Part shown: positions 9,566 to 19,636 of the stretch, in pieces | Layout of the letters: every line of letters begins with the position of its first letter | How positions within the stretch are numbered: position 1 is the stretch's first letter | Assembly (NCBI GenBank): GCA_002415845.1 | Contig: DIAR01000010.1 | Coordinates: forward strand, 12,920-76,919 | Reading direction: 5' to 3' | Source: Candidatus Woesebacteria bacterium UBA5073 | Lineage (GTDB): Bacteria; Patescibacteriota; Microgenomatia; UBA8517 | DNA: 64,000 nt | Notes under the pieces: model-generated | Told to the model about the DNA's origin: nothing | What the model saw: the letters and a program-made list of their open reading frames with translations, nothing else | Databases searched by the model: none | Program-made: the position numbers and the translations under genes

Positions 9566-12500
9566 TTATTCAGCTTTCTCTGCAACGACTGGTTCTTCAA
9601 TTTCCATCGGACCTTCCGATTTTACCAGTTCTTCAGTGGCAATGATTTCAGCACCCGCAGCGACGGCTAATTCCTGCCCTTTTTCCACGTTTTCTTCATC
9701 TTCTTTGGCAACCACGGCTCCTTTGGCATCAACCAAAAGACCCAAAGAGTTTAATTCTCTGATCAAAACCTTAAAAGATTCCGGAACGGTGGCTTCAGGA
9801 ATATCCACACCTTTAACAATTGACTCGAAAGCTTTGGCCCGGCCTAAGACATCGTCTGATTTAATGGTCAACATTTCCTGCAAAATATAAGGGGCACGGT
9901 GTGCTTCCAAGGCCCAGACTTCCATTTCTCCGAGTCTTTGACCTCCCATTTGAGCTTTTCCGCCCAACGGCTGTTGAGTAACCAAAGAGTATGGACCGGT
10001 TGAACGGGCGTGAGTTTTATCTTCAACCATGTGGATAAGCTTCATGATGTAACCAATTCCGACAACTGTTTCTTCCTTAAAAGGTTCTCCGGTTCGGCCG
10101 TCAATCAACCTGGTCTTTCCGGATACCGGCAACCCGGCCTTTTTAAGTTGGTCGGAAATTAAATCTTCGGGAAGCTTGTCAAAAACCGGCAAACCGCCCT
10201 TTTCGTTCCCTTTGGATAAAGCCCAACCCAAGTGACACTCTAAAAGTTGTCCCAGGTTCATACGAGCCAAAACGGATAAGGGAGAAATAATAATATCAAT
10301 CGGTGTTCCGTCTTCCATATAAGGCATATTGGCCAGAGGCATAATCTTGGCGATAACGCCTTTATTGCCATGTCTGCCGGCGACTTTGTCTCCGACGGTA
10401 ATCTTTCTCATTTGGGCAACTCTGACAATCACTTTTTTGATAACTCCGGGGCCCAGCTCATCACCATTGTCTTTATCCAAAATCCGAACATCAACCACAA
10501 TACCCTTCTCACCATGAGGAATTCGAAGCGAAGTGTCTCTGACTTCCCTGGCTTTTTCACCGAAAATGGCTCTCAAAAGTCGCTCTTCAGAGGTTAATTC
10601 CGTTTCCCCTTTGGGAGCAATTTTTCCAACCAAAATATCATTTGGTCCGACTTCGGCACCGACAACGACAATTCCGTCTTCAGCTAAATTAGATAGCTCT
10701 GTTTCGGCTACATTGGGAATATCCCGGGTCAGTTCTTCCGGACCCAGCTTGGTATCAACGACATCGGCTTCGTATTCTTCAATATGAATTGAGGTTAAAA
10801 GGTCATCTTTAACCAACCTGTCCGAAACCATAATGGCGTCTTCAAAACCATATCCACTGTAGGACATATAACCGATTACCATGTTTCGGCCTAAAGAAAG
10901 CTCTCCGCCTTCAATAGCCGGTCCGTCGGCCAAAATATCGCCTTCTTTAACTTTTTGTCCTTCGGCCACGGTGGTTTTTTGGTTATAGCAGGTTGAATGG
11001 GCGGTTCTTTTGAATTTAGTCAAATGATAAACTTCGGTTTTGCCGTCGTCTTTAACTTCCGTATCTTCATAAGTCACATCATCCGTCTTTTTATCCAATT
11101 TAACTTCAATTCTTTCTCCGTCGGCAAAGACAACTTTTCCGGCGTGTCTGGCGGTTGTTACCCGACCCATCCCTTTGGCAATTTCGCTTTCAATACCTGT
11201 TCCAACCACCGGTGATTCAGGATTAACCAAAGGTACCGATTGACATTGCATGTTCGAACCCATTAAAGCTCGGTTACCTTCGTCGTGTGAGAGGAAAGGA
11301 ATAAGGGAAGCCGAAGCTCCAACCACCTGTCTCGGGGTAACATCGATATAGTCGATTAAATCGGCCGGCCCTTCGGTAAAAACACCCTTGTAACGGAAAG
11401 GAACTCTTTCGTCCAAAACCATACCGTCCGCATCAATGTTGATACCGGAATGGGTAATATGGAAATTTTCCTCATCGTCGGCTGCCAAGTAAACAATATC
11501 ATCCAAAATCTTAACCGAGGTCTTTTTGCCTTTTTGGATCTTTTCGACTTTGCGATAAGGGGTTTCGATAAAACCGAATTCATTAACCTTGGCATAAAGA
11601 GCCAAATAAGTAACCAAACCGATATTCGGTCCTTCGGGGGATCTGACCGGATCGATTTTACCGTATTGGGATGAATTAACGTCACGGATGGAGAATGAGG
11701 CTCTTTCCCGATTGATTCCGCCCTGTCCCAAAACCGAAACACGTCTTAAGTTGTCGATTTCCGATAAGGGATTAGTGTCGTCCAAAATGGTCGACAGCTG
11801 ATTTGAACGGAAAAATTCGTTTAAGGAAGCAATCAAAGGCCTGGCATTAATCAAATTAGCAGGTAGTGGTTTATCATCGGGTGAAATAAGGCTCATCTTT
11901 TCCTTAACCGATCTCTCCAACCTTAAAAGTCCGATTCTGAAAGCGTTAACAGCCACTAATTCTCCGACTCTTCTCAATCTTCGGTTGGCCAAATGATCAA
12001 TGTCGTCAACCCTGCCAATACCGTTTTGAAGTCCAATTAAGTATTTAAGGGTTTCGATAATGTCCTGTTTGGTCAAAATCCAGGTTGATTTCTCGTTCGG
12101 AAGAGTTAAGGATAGTCTTTTGTTAATCTTATATCTGCCAACTTTACCCAAATCATAACGCCTGGAATCAAAAAAGAGGGAATCAAAAAGGCTTTCGGCA
12201 TTTTCTAAAATAGCCGGTTCCCCGGGGCGCATCTTTCGGTAAATTTCCAAAATAGCGTCTTCCTGGCCTTTGGATGAATCTTTCGTGATAGTGGCGTTAA
12301 TGTATTTATGTTGGGCATCTTTATCGACATCTTTAAAGTAATTTAAAAGTTCACTGTCCGATTCAACACCCATGGCCCGAAGAAGGGCGGTAGCCGAGAC
12401 TTTTCTTTTTCTGTCGATTCTGGCGGCAATAACATCATTCCTGCCAACTTCAAATTCAAGCCAGGAACCATGAAGGGGTCTAACTTCTGCTTTATAAAGA

Positions 12501-12955
12501 ATCCGGCCGGATGACGGATCAAGCTCACCGGAAAAATAAACGCCAGGACTTCTGACGATTTGGTTGATAACGGCTCTTTCGATGCCGTTAACAATAAAGG
12601 TTCCTTTTGAGGTCATTTGCGGCAAATCACCCATAAAGACTTCTTGTTCGACTTCTTTACCGGTTTTTTTGTTGATTAATGTGGCTTGAATCTTGAGGGG
12701 AGAGGAAAAGTTAATACCTTTATCTTGAGCAATTCTGGGGGAAATTGAAGGTTCTCCAAGGGTATGTTTGCCTAAAATTAATTGCCAGTTTTTGCCGGTA
12801 AAATCATCAATTGGGGAAATATTAACCAATTCCTGGGCAATACCTTCAGTTAAAAACCAATTCCAAGACTCCCTTTGAACAAAGGAAAGGTCAAGTTTGG
12901 GTAAGTTTTTTTCTACTTTTCCGAAATTGATTCTGGCTTGGGTTTTTACCGACAT
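9566..12955 (-). CDS. rpoB: RNA polymerase beta subunit
   Basis: GDKVAGRHGNKG, HARSTGPYSLVTQQPLGGKAQMGGQRLGEMEVWALEA. Confidence 0.99.
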   Translation of the reverse strand: MSVKTQARINFGKVEKNLPKLDLSFVQRESWNWFLTEGIAQELVNISPIDDFTGKNWQLILGKHTLGEPSISPRIAQDKGINFSSPLKIQATLINKKTGKEVEQEVFMGDLPQMTSKGTFIVNGIERAVINQIVRSPGVYFSGELDPSSGRILYKAEVRPLHGSWLEFEVGRNDVIAARIDRKRKVSATALLRAMGVESDSELLNYFKDVDKDAQHKYINATITKDSSKGQEDAILEIYRKMRPGEPAILENAESLFDSLFFDSRRYDLGKVGRYKINKRLSLTLPNEKSTWILTKQDIIETLKYLIGLQNGIGRVDDIDHLANRRLRRVGELVAVNAFRIGLLRLERSVKEKMSLISPDDKPLPANLINARPLIASLNEFFRSNQLSTILDDTNPLSEIDNLRRVSVLGQGGINRERASFSIRDVNSSQYGKIDPVRSPEGPNIGLVTYLALYAKVNEFGFIETPYRKVEKIQKGKKTSVKILDDIVYLAADDEENFHITHSGINIDADGMVLDERVPFRYKGVFTEGPADLIDYIDVTPRQVVGASASLIPFLSHDEGNRALMGSNMQCQSVPLVNPESPVVGTGIESEIAKGMGRVTTARHAGKVVFADGERIEVKLDKKTDDVTYEDTEVKDDGKTEVYHLTKFKRTAHSTCYNQKTTVAEGQKVKEGDILADGPAIEGGELSLGRNMVIGYMSYSGYGFEDAIMVSDRLVKDDLLTSIHIEEYEADVVDTKLGPEELTRDIPNVAETELSNLAEDGIVVVGAEVGPNDILVGKIAPKGETELTSEERLLRAIFGEKAREVRDTSLRIPHGEKGIVVDVRILDKDNGDELGPGVIKKVIVRVAQMRKITVGDKVAGRHGNKGVIAKIMPLANMPYMEDGTPIDIIISPLSVLARMNLGQLLECHLGWALSKGNEKGGLPVFDKLPEDLISDQLKKAGLPVSGKTRLIDGRTGEPFKEETVVGIGYIMKLIHMVEDKTHARSTGPYSLVTQQPLGGKAQMGGQRLGEMEVWALEAHRAPYILQEMLTIKSDDVLGRAKAFESIVKGVDIPEATVPESFKVLIRELNSLGLLVDAKGAVVAKEDEENVEKGQELAVAAGAEIIATEELVKSEGPMEIEEPVVAEKAE

Positions 12956-13024
12956 CTTAAATTCATAGAAAATTCCCGCGGATAGACGCGGGGCGAGCGT
13001 AACAATGAGTACGCCTAAGCAGGG

Positions 13025-13052
13025 ATTATATCTAAGTCACCTGCCTTGTCAA
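13025..13052 (-). promoter_or_regulatory. rpoB promoter
   Basis: TTGACA-N16-TATAAT about 70 nt upstream of the rpoB ATG. Confidence 0.7.
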
Positions 13053-13065
13053 GCAGTAATTTTTC

Positions 13066-14064
13066 CTACTTTCCGATATATTTTCCAACGTTAAGGTTGT
13101 GTTCTTCCAGGGTTTTGGCATAGTGGATTACCCCTTTGGTATCATGGAGATAATAAAGATAATTAGAGTCTTCAGGATAAACGGCGGCTTTTATTGAAGA
13201 AAGGCCGGGATTACAGATCGGAGCCGGCGGTAAACCTTTAACCTTATAAGTATTAAAGGGTGAGCTGAATTGTCGGTCGCCCAAAAGAATGGTTGGCCAC
13301 CACTGGCAACCAATCGTTGTGGCTTTGCACCTTAAGTTGGCCAGCACATATTGAACAGAAGCGTCTACCTGTAGGGGCATCCCCAGCTTGATCCTACTAT
13401 ATAGTATGCCGGCCACGACCGGTCTTTCCGCATTTCCCCGGCTTTCCCTCTCCACCAAAGAAGCCATTGTCACAACCTGGCTTAAATCGTAATCAGATGA
13501 GGCAATATCATTTTTAACCTTATCGTCAACCCTTTTATCAAAAGTGTTAAGCATCATCTTAACAACAGCCGAAGCGGAAGCGTTTTTCGGAAAAAGGTAG
13601 GTATCGGGAAATAAATAACCTTCCTTACCGGATGAAGCCGTCAAGAACTCTTTTCTAAAAAGTTCTTTTTCCATCTCTTTAATCTCCAAGCCGGCCACAA
13701 ACTTCTCCATGATTTCCTCACGTCTTAAGCCCTCAGGAACGGTAACCCAAACTTCCTCCGGTCCGTGAGTTAGCCTCTCGACAATTTTAGGAATGGAAAG
13801 ATTTGGTGAAAGGTTAAACTCCCCGGCAAAAAGTTTAGTTTGTTTTCCCACCAATTGTACGTAAATCTTAAAAACTAAAGGACTTTTGATAAGATTGGCT
13901 TTTTGCAGTTTGGTTCCTACCTGCAGGGCCGAAAGACCTTTTGGAATAACAACGGTTACAACTGCTTTTTCAGAGGATATGGGTTTTAAATTAAGATAGA
14001 AATAGACACCGCCAATCGCCAATAGCAAGAAAAAAGAAAAAAAGACAATTAAAATCCGTTTCAT
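13066..14064 (-). CDS. mltG: Endolytic transglycosylase MltG (YceG family)
   Basis: N-terminal TM; VPEGL, EGYLFPDTY, ASLVERE, LQVDAS, SPFNTY..GLPPAPICNPG. Confidence 0.95.
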   Translation of the reverse strand: MKRILIVFFSFFLLLAIGGVYFYLNLKPISSEKAVVTVVIPKGLSALQVGTKLQKANLIKSPLVFKIYVQLVGKQTKLFAGEFNLSPNLSIPKIVERLTHGPEEVWVTVPEGLRREEIMEKFVAGLEIKEMEKELFRKEFLTASSGKEGYLFPDTYLFPKNASASAVVKMMLNTFDKRVDDKVKNDIASSDYDLSQVVTMASLVERESRGNAERPVVAGILYSRIKLGMPLQVDASVQYVLANLRCKATTIGCQWWPTILLGDRQFSSPFNTYKVKGLPPAPICNPGLSSIKAAVYPEDSNYLYYLHDTKGVIHYAKTLEEHNLNVGKYIGK

Positions 14065-14070
14065 TAAGAT

Positions 14071-14271
14071 TTAGACTTCTTCGAGAAGAGCCCGTCGGTA
14101 CTTTTTGGTTTTGGTATCGTGGATAAAGATTCGGCCACAAGCACAAACAACTTTTTCTTCACCTTCACTTTTTTTCTCGGCCTTACCTTCACTTAACTCT
14201 TTGCCACAACCGACACAGCGGCCTTGCGACAAGAGCCAAGCTTGAATCGGAGCGATAACGTTTTTGAACAT
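14071..14271 (-). CDS. Small putative zinc-ribbon protein
   Basis: 66 aa with CVGC ... CAC; in line between ruvX and mltG; TGG-TATACT 10 nt upstream of ATG. Confidence 0.75.
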   Translation of the reverse strand: MFKNVIAPIQAWLLSQGRCVGCGKELSEGKAEKKSEGEEKVVCACGRIFIHDTKTKKYRRALLEEV

Positions 14272-14315
14272 AAGTCAGATTAGTATACCATAATGTTCTT
14301 TTGTCAAAAGTGTTA

Positions 14316-14696
14316 TTATTTTTCCAAATAATTCTGAAGCATCACCGAAGCTGCAAAAGCATCCTCAAGAGCCGTTCTTTTTTGTCTTTTCATCCCTGCC
14401 TCTTTGGATAATTGTTGTGCTTCTTGGGTTGAAAGTGTTTCGTCAAAATATTCAATCGGGATGGCAATTTCTTTTTTTAATTTTTCGGTAAATTGCTTGG
14501 TCTTTTCGGCTGTCTTTTCCTCCGAAAGGCCGATAATTATTTTTTCTATTTTGTCTTCGGTAATTATTTCCACCAGCCGTTCAACAAATTTATCCCAGGT
14601 TTCAAACCTGACTACGCCCAAAGGCTCGGCAATTTTGGAGGTAGCCATGGCCAAACCAATTTTTGCCTCACCGTAATCAATCCCTAAGATATTCAT
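14316..14696 (-). CDS. ruvX: RuvX/YqgF family nuclease (pre-16S rRNA maturation / putative Holliday junction resolvase)
   Basis: ILGIDYGEAKIGLA, DETLST, DAFAASVMLQ. Confidence 0.93.
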   Translation of the reverse strand: MNILGIDYGEAKIGLAMATSKIAEPLGVVRFETWDKFVERLVEIITEDKIEKIIIGLSEEKTAEKTKQFTEKLKKEIAIPIEYFDETLSTQEAQQLSKEAGMKRQKRTALEDAFAASVMLQNYLEK

Positions 14697-14697
14697 C

Positions 14698-15360
14698 TTA
14701 ATCAGTATATATCCTGGCCCTGACGATTAATCTTTTTAATTTCCTCGGATCCCCAGGCGGAACACAGGTTACCAGAGTTAAAAAAGAATCGCTGGCATTT
14801 TGCTCCAAAACCTGAATATCGGTCGGAAGAACCTCAAACAGATCTTCAACTCTATATTTAAAAGTAATTCCATCGTAATTGAGAACAATATCATCACCTT
14901 TCTTTAAGGTCGGAATAGTCGAAAAAATGGAAATGTAATCCTTTGGATTATAAAAAATAGGCAGGATTGAATGACCAAAGATAACCGCATTACCTTTTTT
15001 CCCTGGCAGGGCAGTTCCTGGATATTGAATAAGGCTTTTGCCTAAATCATCGCCACCAATTGCCACCGTCGCATTGTCAATTTTAAGTTTTGGAATCGAA
15101 AGGGTATAAAAAGAAACATTGGAAGCATTAAACTCTGCCTGATCGGCTCCGCCCACAAACCAATTGCTGGCCCGGGTGTAATCAAGATTGTCATTTTCAA
15201 CAACGGCCTTATTTTCAACCTCTGGACTAATTAGTTTTGGGTATCTGACCTTAGAGGCAGTTTCATAACCAACAATGGGCAGAATCACGGCTGCCAGAAT
15301 TCCTAAACCCGAGAGGGCAAAAACAACGGCAAAAATACGAAAAAGGATTTTATTCTTCAT
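14698..15360 (-). CDS. Sortase
   Basis: N-terminal TM; LSIPKLKI, GNAVIFGHS (His), LTLVTC (Cys), RLIVRA (Arg) catalytic triad. Confidence 0.92.
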   Translation of the reverse strand: MKNKILFRIFAVVFALSGLGILAAVILPIVGYETASKVRYPKLISPEVENKAVVENDNLDYTRASNWFVGGADQAEFNASNVSFYTLSIPKLKIDNATVAIGGDDLGKSLIQYPGTALPGKKGNAVIFGHSILPIFYNPKDYISIFSTIPTLKKGDDIVLNYDGITFKYRVEDLFEVLPTDIQVLEQNASDSFLTLVTCVPPGDPRKLKRLIVRARIYTD

Positions 15361-15363
15361 TAA

Positions 15364-17568
15364 TTATCTTTCGGCTGAAACAATCACGGTGATATTTTTC
15401 AAAACCCGAGGCATGGTTTTTAATTTACCGGGGAAGCTGGGTTTTATTTTAATATTGGCTCTGGTATATCCGGCAACAGCCGTGGCCAAATAAGGATCAA
15501 TTAGGGCCGGATATTTACCCAAAACACTACTTGTTATTTCATCAACCTTCACCTCAGGCAAAAGATTGACACTAAGAATTGTTGTTAGCTCGTAAACACC
15601 TTCTTCCCCTTTAACTAACTCATATTCCGTATCGATTTGCCCCTCTTTAAGAGCATAACCGGTTGGAATTTTACTGTTCAAAGCTTTTTTGGCCAGTTCA
15701 AACATATCGGTCTTGGCAACGGAAACACCGGAAACCGAAACTTTTAAGGATAATTTTAAATTGGTTGCTTCATCGCCAACCTTAGCGCTAAAAACTTTAC
15801 TGACAACCTCGGGTACAAAAGTGGCATTAATTAAAATCCGATCATCGGCTATTTGCTGACCTAAACTCTTAATCGCTTTTTCGGTCAATTCATTGGTTAA
15901 TTCTTTTTCCAACTTGGCCTGATCCTCAGAAGAGACGGAGGGAATTTCCCGGCTTGAACCTCCGGAAAAATTCTGGGTAGTAAGAGCATCAACTTCGCTT
16001 TTCGGATAGTTACCGATTTTAAAAACTTCATTTGCTCCCAGATTATATTCGGAGCCGATATCATAGGCAGCCACATCAACACTGCCCTCACCCGGCGTGC
16101 TGGGCGACAGTGCCGCCGAGACGGAAGCACTGGAAGTAGTGGTAAATTTCAAATCGGAAGCTGAATAAAGAATTGTTCCGGCCGGAAGATTGATAACCGC
16201 CGCTGTTCCGTTTTGGATTTTGACACTGCCTTTGGCTTTTTCTCCAATTGTCTTTGTTCCGGAAGTACTGGTTGTTTTTTCACCCGACTCTTCGGAGGTA
16301 TAGAGTTTTCCAGCCAAAAGACTGCCGTCAAAATCCGACTGGCTTTCGTTGATGTCAACCGAAAGGGTTAAATTTTCTTCCAAAATTTTGGGTGAAACAA
16401 AAATTTCCAGGGTGGCTTTGGGAATAAACCACCAGAAAAGAAAACCACCAACCAGAAAAACAACGGCTGCAATTAAGAGAGCAATTGTTGGTTTTTTCTT
16501 CACTACCCCTCCCAATCTTCTGTTTTCAACAATATTTTTTTTCTTAAAAGAAATCGGGAAGGCCGGTAGTTTTATCTTTTTCCAAAAAGCCAATTTCGAC
16601 AATATACCCGAAGGTTGGGTAGCAGTCGCCACTGGTTGAGACTGAGGTTGCTGGGGTACTTCTCCAATTGGCTCTGCTTTTGGTTTTTCGGTTATGTCTT
16701 CGTCAACCACAAAACCTAAATCTTCCGGGTGGACATCGGTCTCGGGAACTTGAACGTTGGCTGTTTCTTCCGGATAGGCTTCCATCTTTTCTTCTTCTTT
16801 CTTCACCCCTTCAACCTGAGAAATATTAGACATTTCGGAAGCCCCCGCCAGGGCAGTTGCCACTACTTTTTTATCGGCTTCAATGATTTCAATCTTGGGA
16901 GTATGTAAAAATTTAATCTTTTCATTTTCGTTCCAGGAAGCGGAAAGCAGGTTTTGCCTTATCTCCTCCAACTCTCCTCCCCGACCGTTATAAATTAAAA
17001 ACCTTGACGGCAGTGTTTCTCCGGTTACAAAACGGGAAAGGCCTTCAACCACATCGTCATAAACGGAAAGACTCCTTTGAACTGAAGCCGTACCAACCAA
17101 GTTGCCCAATTTAAAAACAGCCAATTCCAAATTTTCGCTACCGACTTCCAAAACAACTGCACTTAAAGGAGAGCCTTCTTCGGCTTTCATCAGGTGAGCT
17201 ATGGCTTCCGGCAGGACAACAAAGCCGGTTGGTTCCAGTGACAGTTCGGTACAGATTTTTTTAACCTGCTCCAAAAACTCGGGTTTAATCTGACCGTCGG
17301 TTACCCAAAAAGGAGGAACACCAAAAACCGTTTTTGATGGTTCCCCTACTTCTTCTGGTAAATTTTGAATGGCGGCCGACAAAACAGTGTCTGACGCAGA
17401 AATTAAATCATCCTCCGTTTCCCAAGGAGTGGCAGGAGAAACGGCCACCATTTCCGCCTTTTCGTTTTCAATTTTCCAAACACCGGCCTGAATCCAACCG
17501 GTTTCAATTACTAGTGCCCAATAATGTTCTTGGGCAGTACCTTTCGATAAAATACTTTTTAAATCCAT
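15364..17568 (-). CDS. Bitopic membrane protein: putative actin-like (FtsA/PilM-type) N-domain, acidic linker, TM, baseplate-J-like extracellular region
   Basis: TM IALLIAAVVFLVGGFLFWWF; KAKGSVKIQN..LPAGT..F.T, GSEYN and FSGG patterns resemble baseplate-J-like domains; N-domain fold is an inference. Confidence 0.55.
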   Translation of the reverse strand: MDLKSILSKGTAQEHYWALVIETGWIQAGVWKIENEKAEMVAVSPATPWETEDDLISASDTVLSAAIQNLPEEVGEPSKTVFGVPPFWVTDGQIKPEFLEQVKKICTELSLEPTGFVVLPEAIAHLMKAEEGSPLSAVVLEVGSENLELAVFKLGNLVGTASVQRSLSVYDDVVEGLSRFVTGETLPSRFLIYNGRGGELEEIRQNLLSASWNENEKIKFLHTPKIEIIEADKKVVATALAGASEMSNISQVEGVKKEEEKMEAYPEETANVQVPETDVHPEDLGFVVDEDITEKPKAEPIGEVPQQPQSQPVATATQPSGILSKLAFWKKIKLPAFPISFKKKNIVENRRLGGVVKKKPTIALLIAAVVFLVGGFLFWWFIPKATLEIFVSPKILEENLTLSVDINESQSDFDGSLLAGKLYTSEESGEKTTSTSGTKTIGEKAKGSVKIQNGTAAVINLPAGTILYSASDLKFTTTSSASVSAALSPSTPGEGSVDVAAYDIGSEYNLGANEVFKIGNYPKSEVDALTTQNFSGGSSREIPSVSSEDQAKLEKELTNELTEKAIKSLGQQIADDRILINATFVPEVVSKVFSAKVGDEATNLKLSLKVSVSGVSVAKTDMFELAKKALNSKIPTGYALKEGQIDTEYELVKGEEGVYELTTILSVNLLPEVKVDEITSSVLGKYPALIDPYLATAVAGYTRANIKIKPSFPGKLKTMPRVLKNITVIVSAER

Positions 17569-17583
17569 AGCAAAACTTCGGAA

Positions 17584-19341
17584 TTATTCTTTGGCAATGT
17601 AAATTCTGACTACCCCACCGCCAATTTTCTCCTGTTTAATTATTCTAACACGCCCGATTTCGGACGTATCTTCAACATGCGGTCCGCCACACACCTCTTT
17701 GGAGAAAAAGTCGGTGTTGGAATTGCCGATTGTATACACTTTAACCTTCTCTCCATATTTTTCACCAAAGAAGGCCAAAGCGCCTTTTTCCTTGGCTTCT
17801 TTAAGACTCATGGTTTCTACCTTAACAGGTAATTTTTTGGTAATTTGCTCGTTTATTAAATCGGAAACGGCTTTTAACTGCTCTTCGGTTAACTTTTCCG
17901 GATGGGAAAAATCAAATCTAAGCCGTTCGGAGGTAATATTGGAGCCTTTTTGCGAAATATGATTTCCCAATACTTTCCTTAAAGCCGCATGCAGTAAATG
18001 AGTTGTCGTATGAAATTGAGTTACTTCCTCCGACGCATCGGACAAACCGCCCTTAAACATGCCGGCCGAAGCTGTCTTGGATAGATTTTTGTGTTTGGCA
18101 AACTCTTCGGCAAAAACTTTTCGATTAATTTTCTGTCCCCGATCCAGCGCAATTTCTTCGGTTAATTCCAATGGAAAACCATAAGTTTCGTATAAGAAGA
18201 AAGCGTTTTTACCATCCAGCTCACCTATCTTTTCAATTTCTTTTAAACCCTTTTCCAGTGTCTGACTAAATTTATTCTCTTCTTCCTTAATTACAGCAAT
18301 AATCTCTTTTTCTTTTTCCTTTAAGGTTGGGTAGGCTTTTTTATAAGAATTAATAACCGCTTGAGCCACTTTCTCCAAGAATGGTTTGGCAATTTTTAAC
18401 TTTTTACCCCAGCGGACCGCCCTTCTTATTAATCTTCTTAACACATAGCCCTGAAGTTTATTGCCGGGAATTACCCCTTCAGCCGCTAAAAAAACGGAAG
18501 CTCTGATATGATCGGCAATAATCCGGAAAGCTTTAGTCTCGTCTTCATAATCCTTGCCTGAAATTTCTTTGATGGCCAAGATTATTTCACCCCATAAATC
18601 CTTAACTAAATAATCATCCGCTAAACCATTTAAAACAGCCGTAGTCCGGTCAACGCCCATCCCCGTATCAACATTGTTTTGTTTTAGAGGAATGTATTTC
18701 CCCTCACTGGTTTTGGCATACTGCATAAAAACGTTGTTCCAGATTTCCACAAACCGACCGCAGTTATCACCCGGACGACAATTACTGCTACAACTTTTCT
18801 CCCCTGTCTCAAAGAAAATCTCCGTATCCGGTCCACAAGGTCCCGTTTCCCCTGCCGGCCCCCACCAGTTATCTTCTTTGGATAGAAAATAAATTCTTTT
18901 TTCCGGAATACCAAGCTTTTTCCAAATCTCGGCCGATTCCGTATCTTTGGGAGCATCTTCATCACCCGCAAAACAAGTTATGGCCAGTTTATCTTTATTA
19001 ATTTTTAAAACCTCGGTTAAAAACTCAAAAGAATTTTTGATTGATTCTTCCTTCCAATAATCACCCAACGACCAATTACCAAGCATCTCAAAAAAAGTGT
19101 GGTGGGTGGTATCACCAACTTCATCAATATCGTCCGTGCGAAGACAAATTTGGTTGTTAGTTAACCTTTTTCCGGCAGGATGCTCCTCACCTAAAAAGTA
19201 AGGGACCAGAGGGTGCATGCCGGCGGTCGTAAATAAAACCGTCGGATCGTTTTCCGGAATTAAAGAAGCTGAGGGAATGACACTATGGCCCTTTTCTTTA
19301 AAAAATTGCAAATACTTTTCAACCAACTCTCTTGAAGTCAT
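17584..19341 (-). CDS. alaS: Alanine--tRNA ligase (lacks C-Ala domain)
   Basis: DPTVLFTTAGM, HHTFFEMLGN, DTGMG, editing HTTTH and CGGPH; ends after the editing domain. Confidence 0.97.
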   Translation of the reverse strand: MTSRELVEKYLQFFKEKGHSVIPSASLIPENDPTVLFTTAGMHPLVPYFLGEEHPAGKRLTNNQICLRTDDIDEVGDTTHHTFFEMLGNWSLGDYWKEESIKNSFEFLTEVLKINKDKLAITCFAGDEDAPKDTESAEIWKKLGIPEKRIYFLSKEDNWWGPAGETGPCGPDTEIFFETGEKSCSSNCRPGDNCGRFVEIWNNVFMQYAKTSEGKYIPLKQNNVDTGMGVDRTTAVLNGLADDYLVKDLWGEIILAIKEISGKDYEDETKAFRIIADHIRASVFLAAEGVIPGNKLQGYVLRRLIRRAVRWGKKLKIAKPFLEKVAQAVINSYKKAYPTLKEKEKEIIAVIKEEENKFSQTLEKGLKEIEKIGELDGKNAFFLYETYGFPLELTEEIALDRGQKINRKVFAEEFAKHKNLSKTASAGMFKGGLSDASEEVTQFHTTTHLLHAALRKVLGNHISQKGSNITSERLRFDFSHPEKLTEEQLKAVSDLINEQITKKLPVKVETMSLKEAKEKGALAFFGEKYGEKVKVYTIGNSNTDFFSKEVCGGPHVEDTSEIGRVRIIKQEKIGGGVVRIYIAKE

Positions 19342-19353
19342 GGCTAAATTATA
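19342..19353 (-). promoter_or_regulatory. Leaderless -10 promoter for alaS
   Basis: TATAAT-TTAGCC-ATG; no SD. Confidence 0.6.
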
Positions 19354-19370
19354 CCTTTAATTTGAGGGCC

Positions 19371-19631
19371 TTATCCAGAAGAAGGTGGCGTAGGTTGGTC
19401 CTGGCCGTAAGATTCAAGCTTTTTATTCCTCTTTAAGATTTCCAAAACACCAGTTAACTTCTCGGGCCTTATCAATCCTCCACCCAAAATCGCATCTTCC
19501 AAAATTGAATTGAGTCTTTTAATGGCTTTTCTCAAGTCAACAATAATTAAAAAAACCTGAACACCAACGACCACCAAAAGAAAGGTCAGGGCGATAACAA
19601 CCACAATTAATAATGTTTGAACGTTATCCAT
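19371..19631 (-). CDS. Small single-pass membrane protein
   Basis: Long N-terminal hydrophobic helix then coiled-coil-like segment; co-oriented in operon. Confidence 0.7.
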   Translation of the reverse strand: MDNVQTLLIVVVIALTFLLVVVGVQVFLIIVDLRKAIKRLNSILEDAILGGGLIRPEKLTGVLEILKRNKKLESYGQDQPTPPSSG

Positions 19632-19636
19632 GGTCT

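Noticed and set aside
15364-17568. Prophage or contractile injection system
   Set aside because: There are no sheath, tube, terminase or integrase genes; the protein has a TM and sits in a housekeeping operon.
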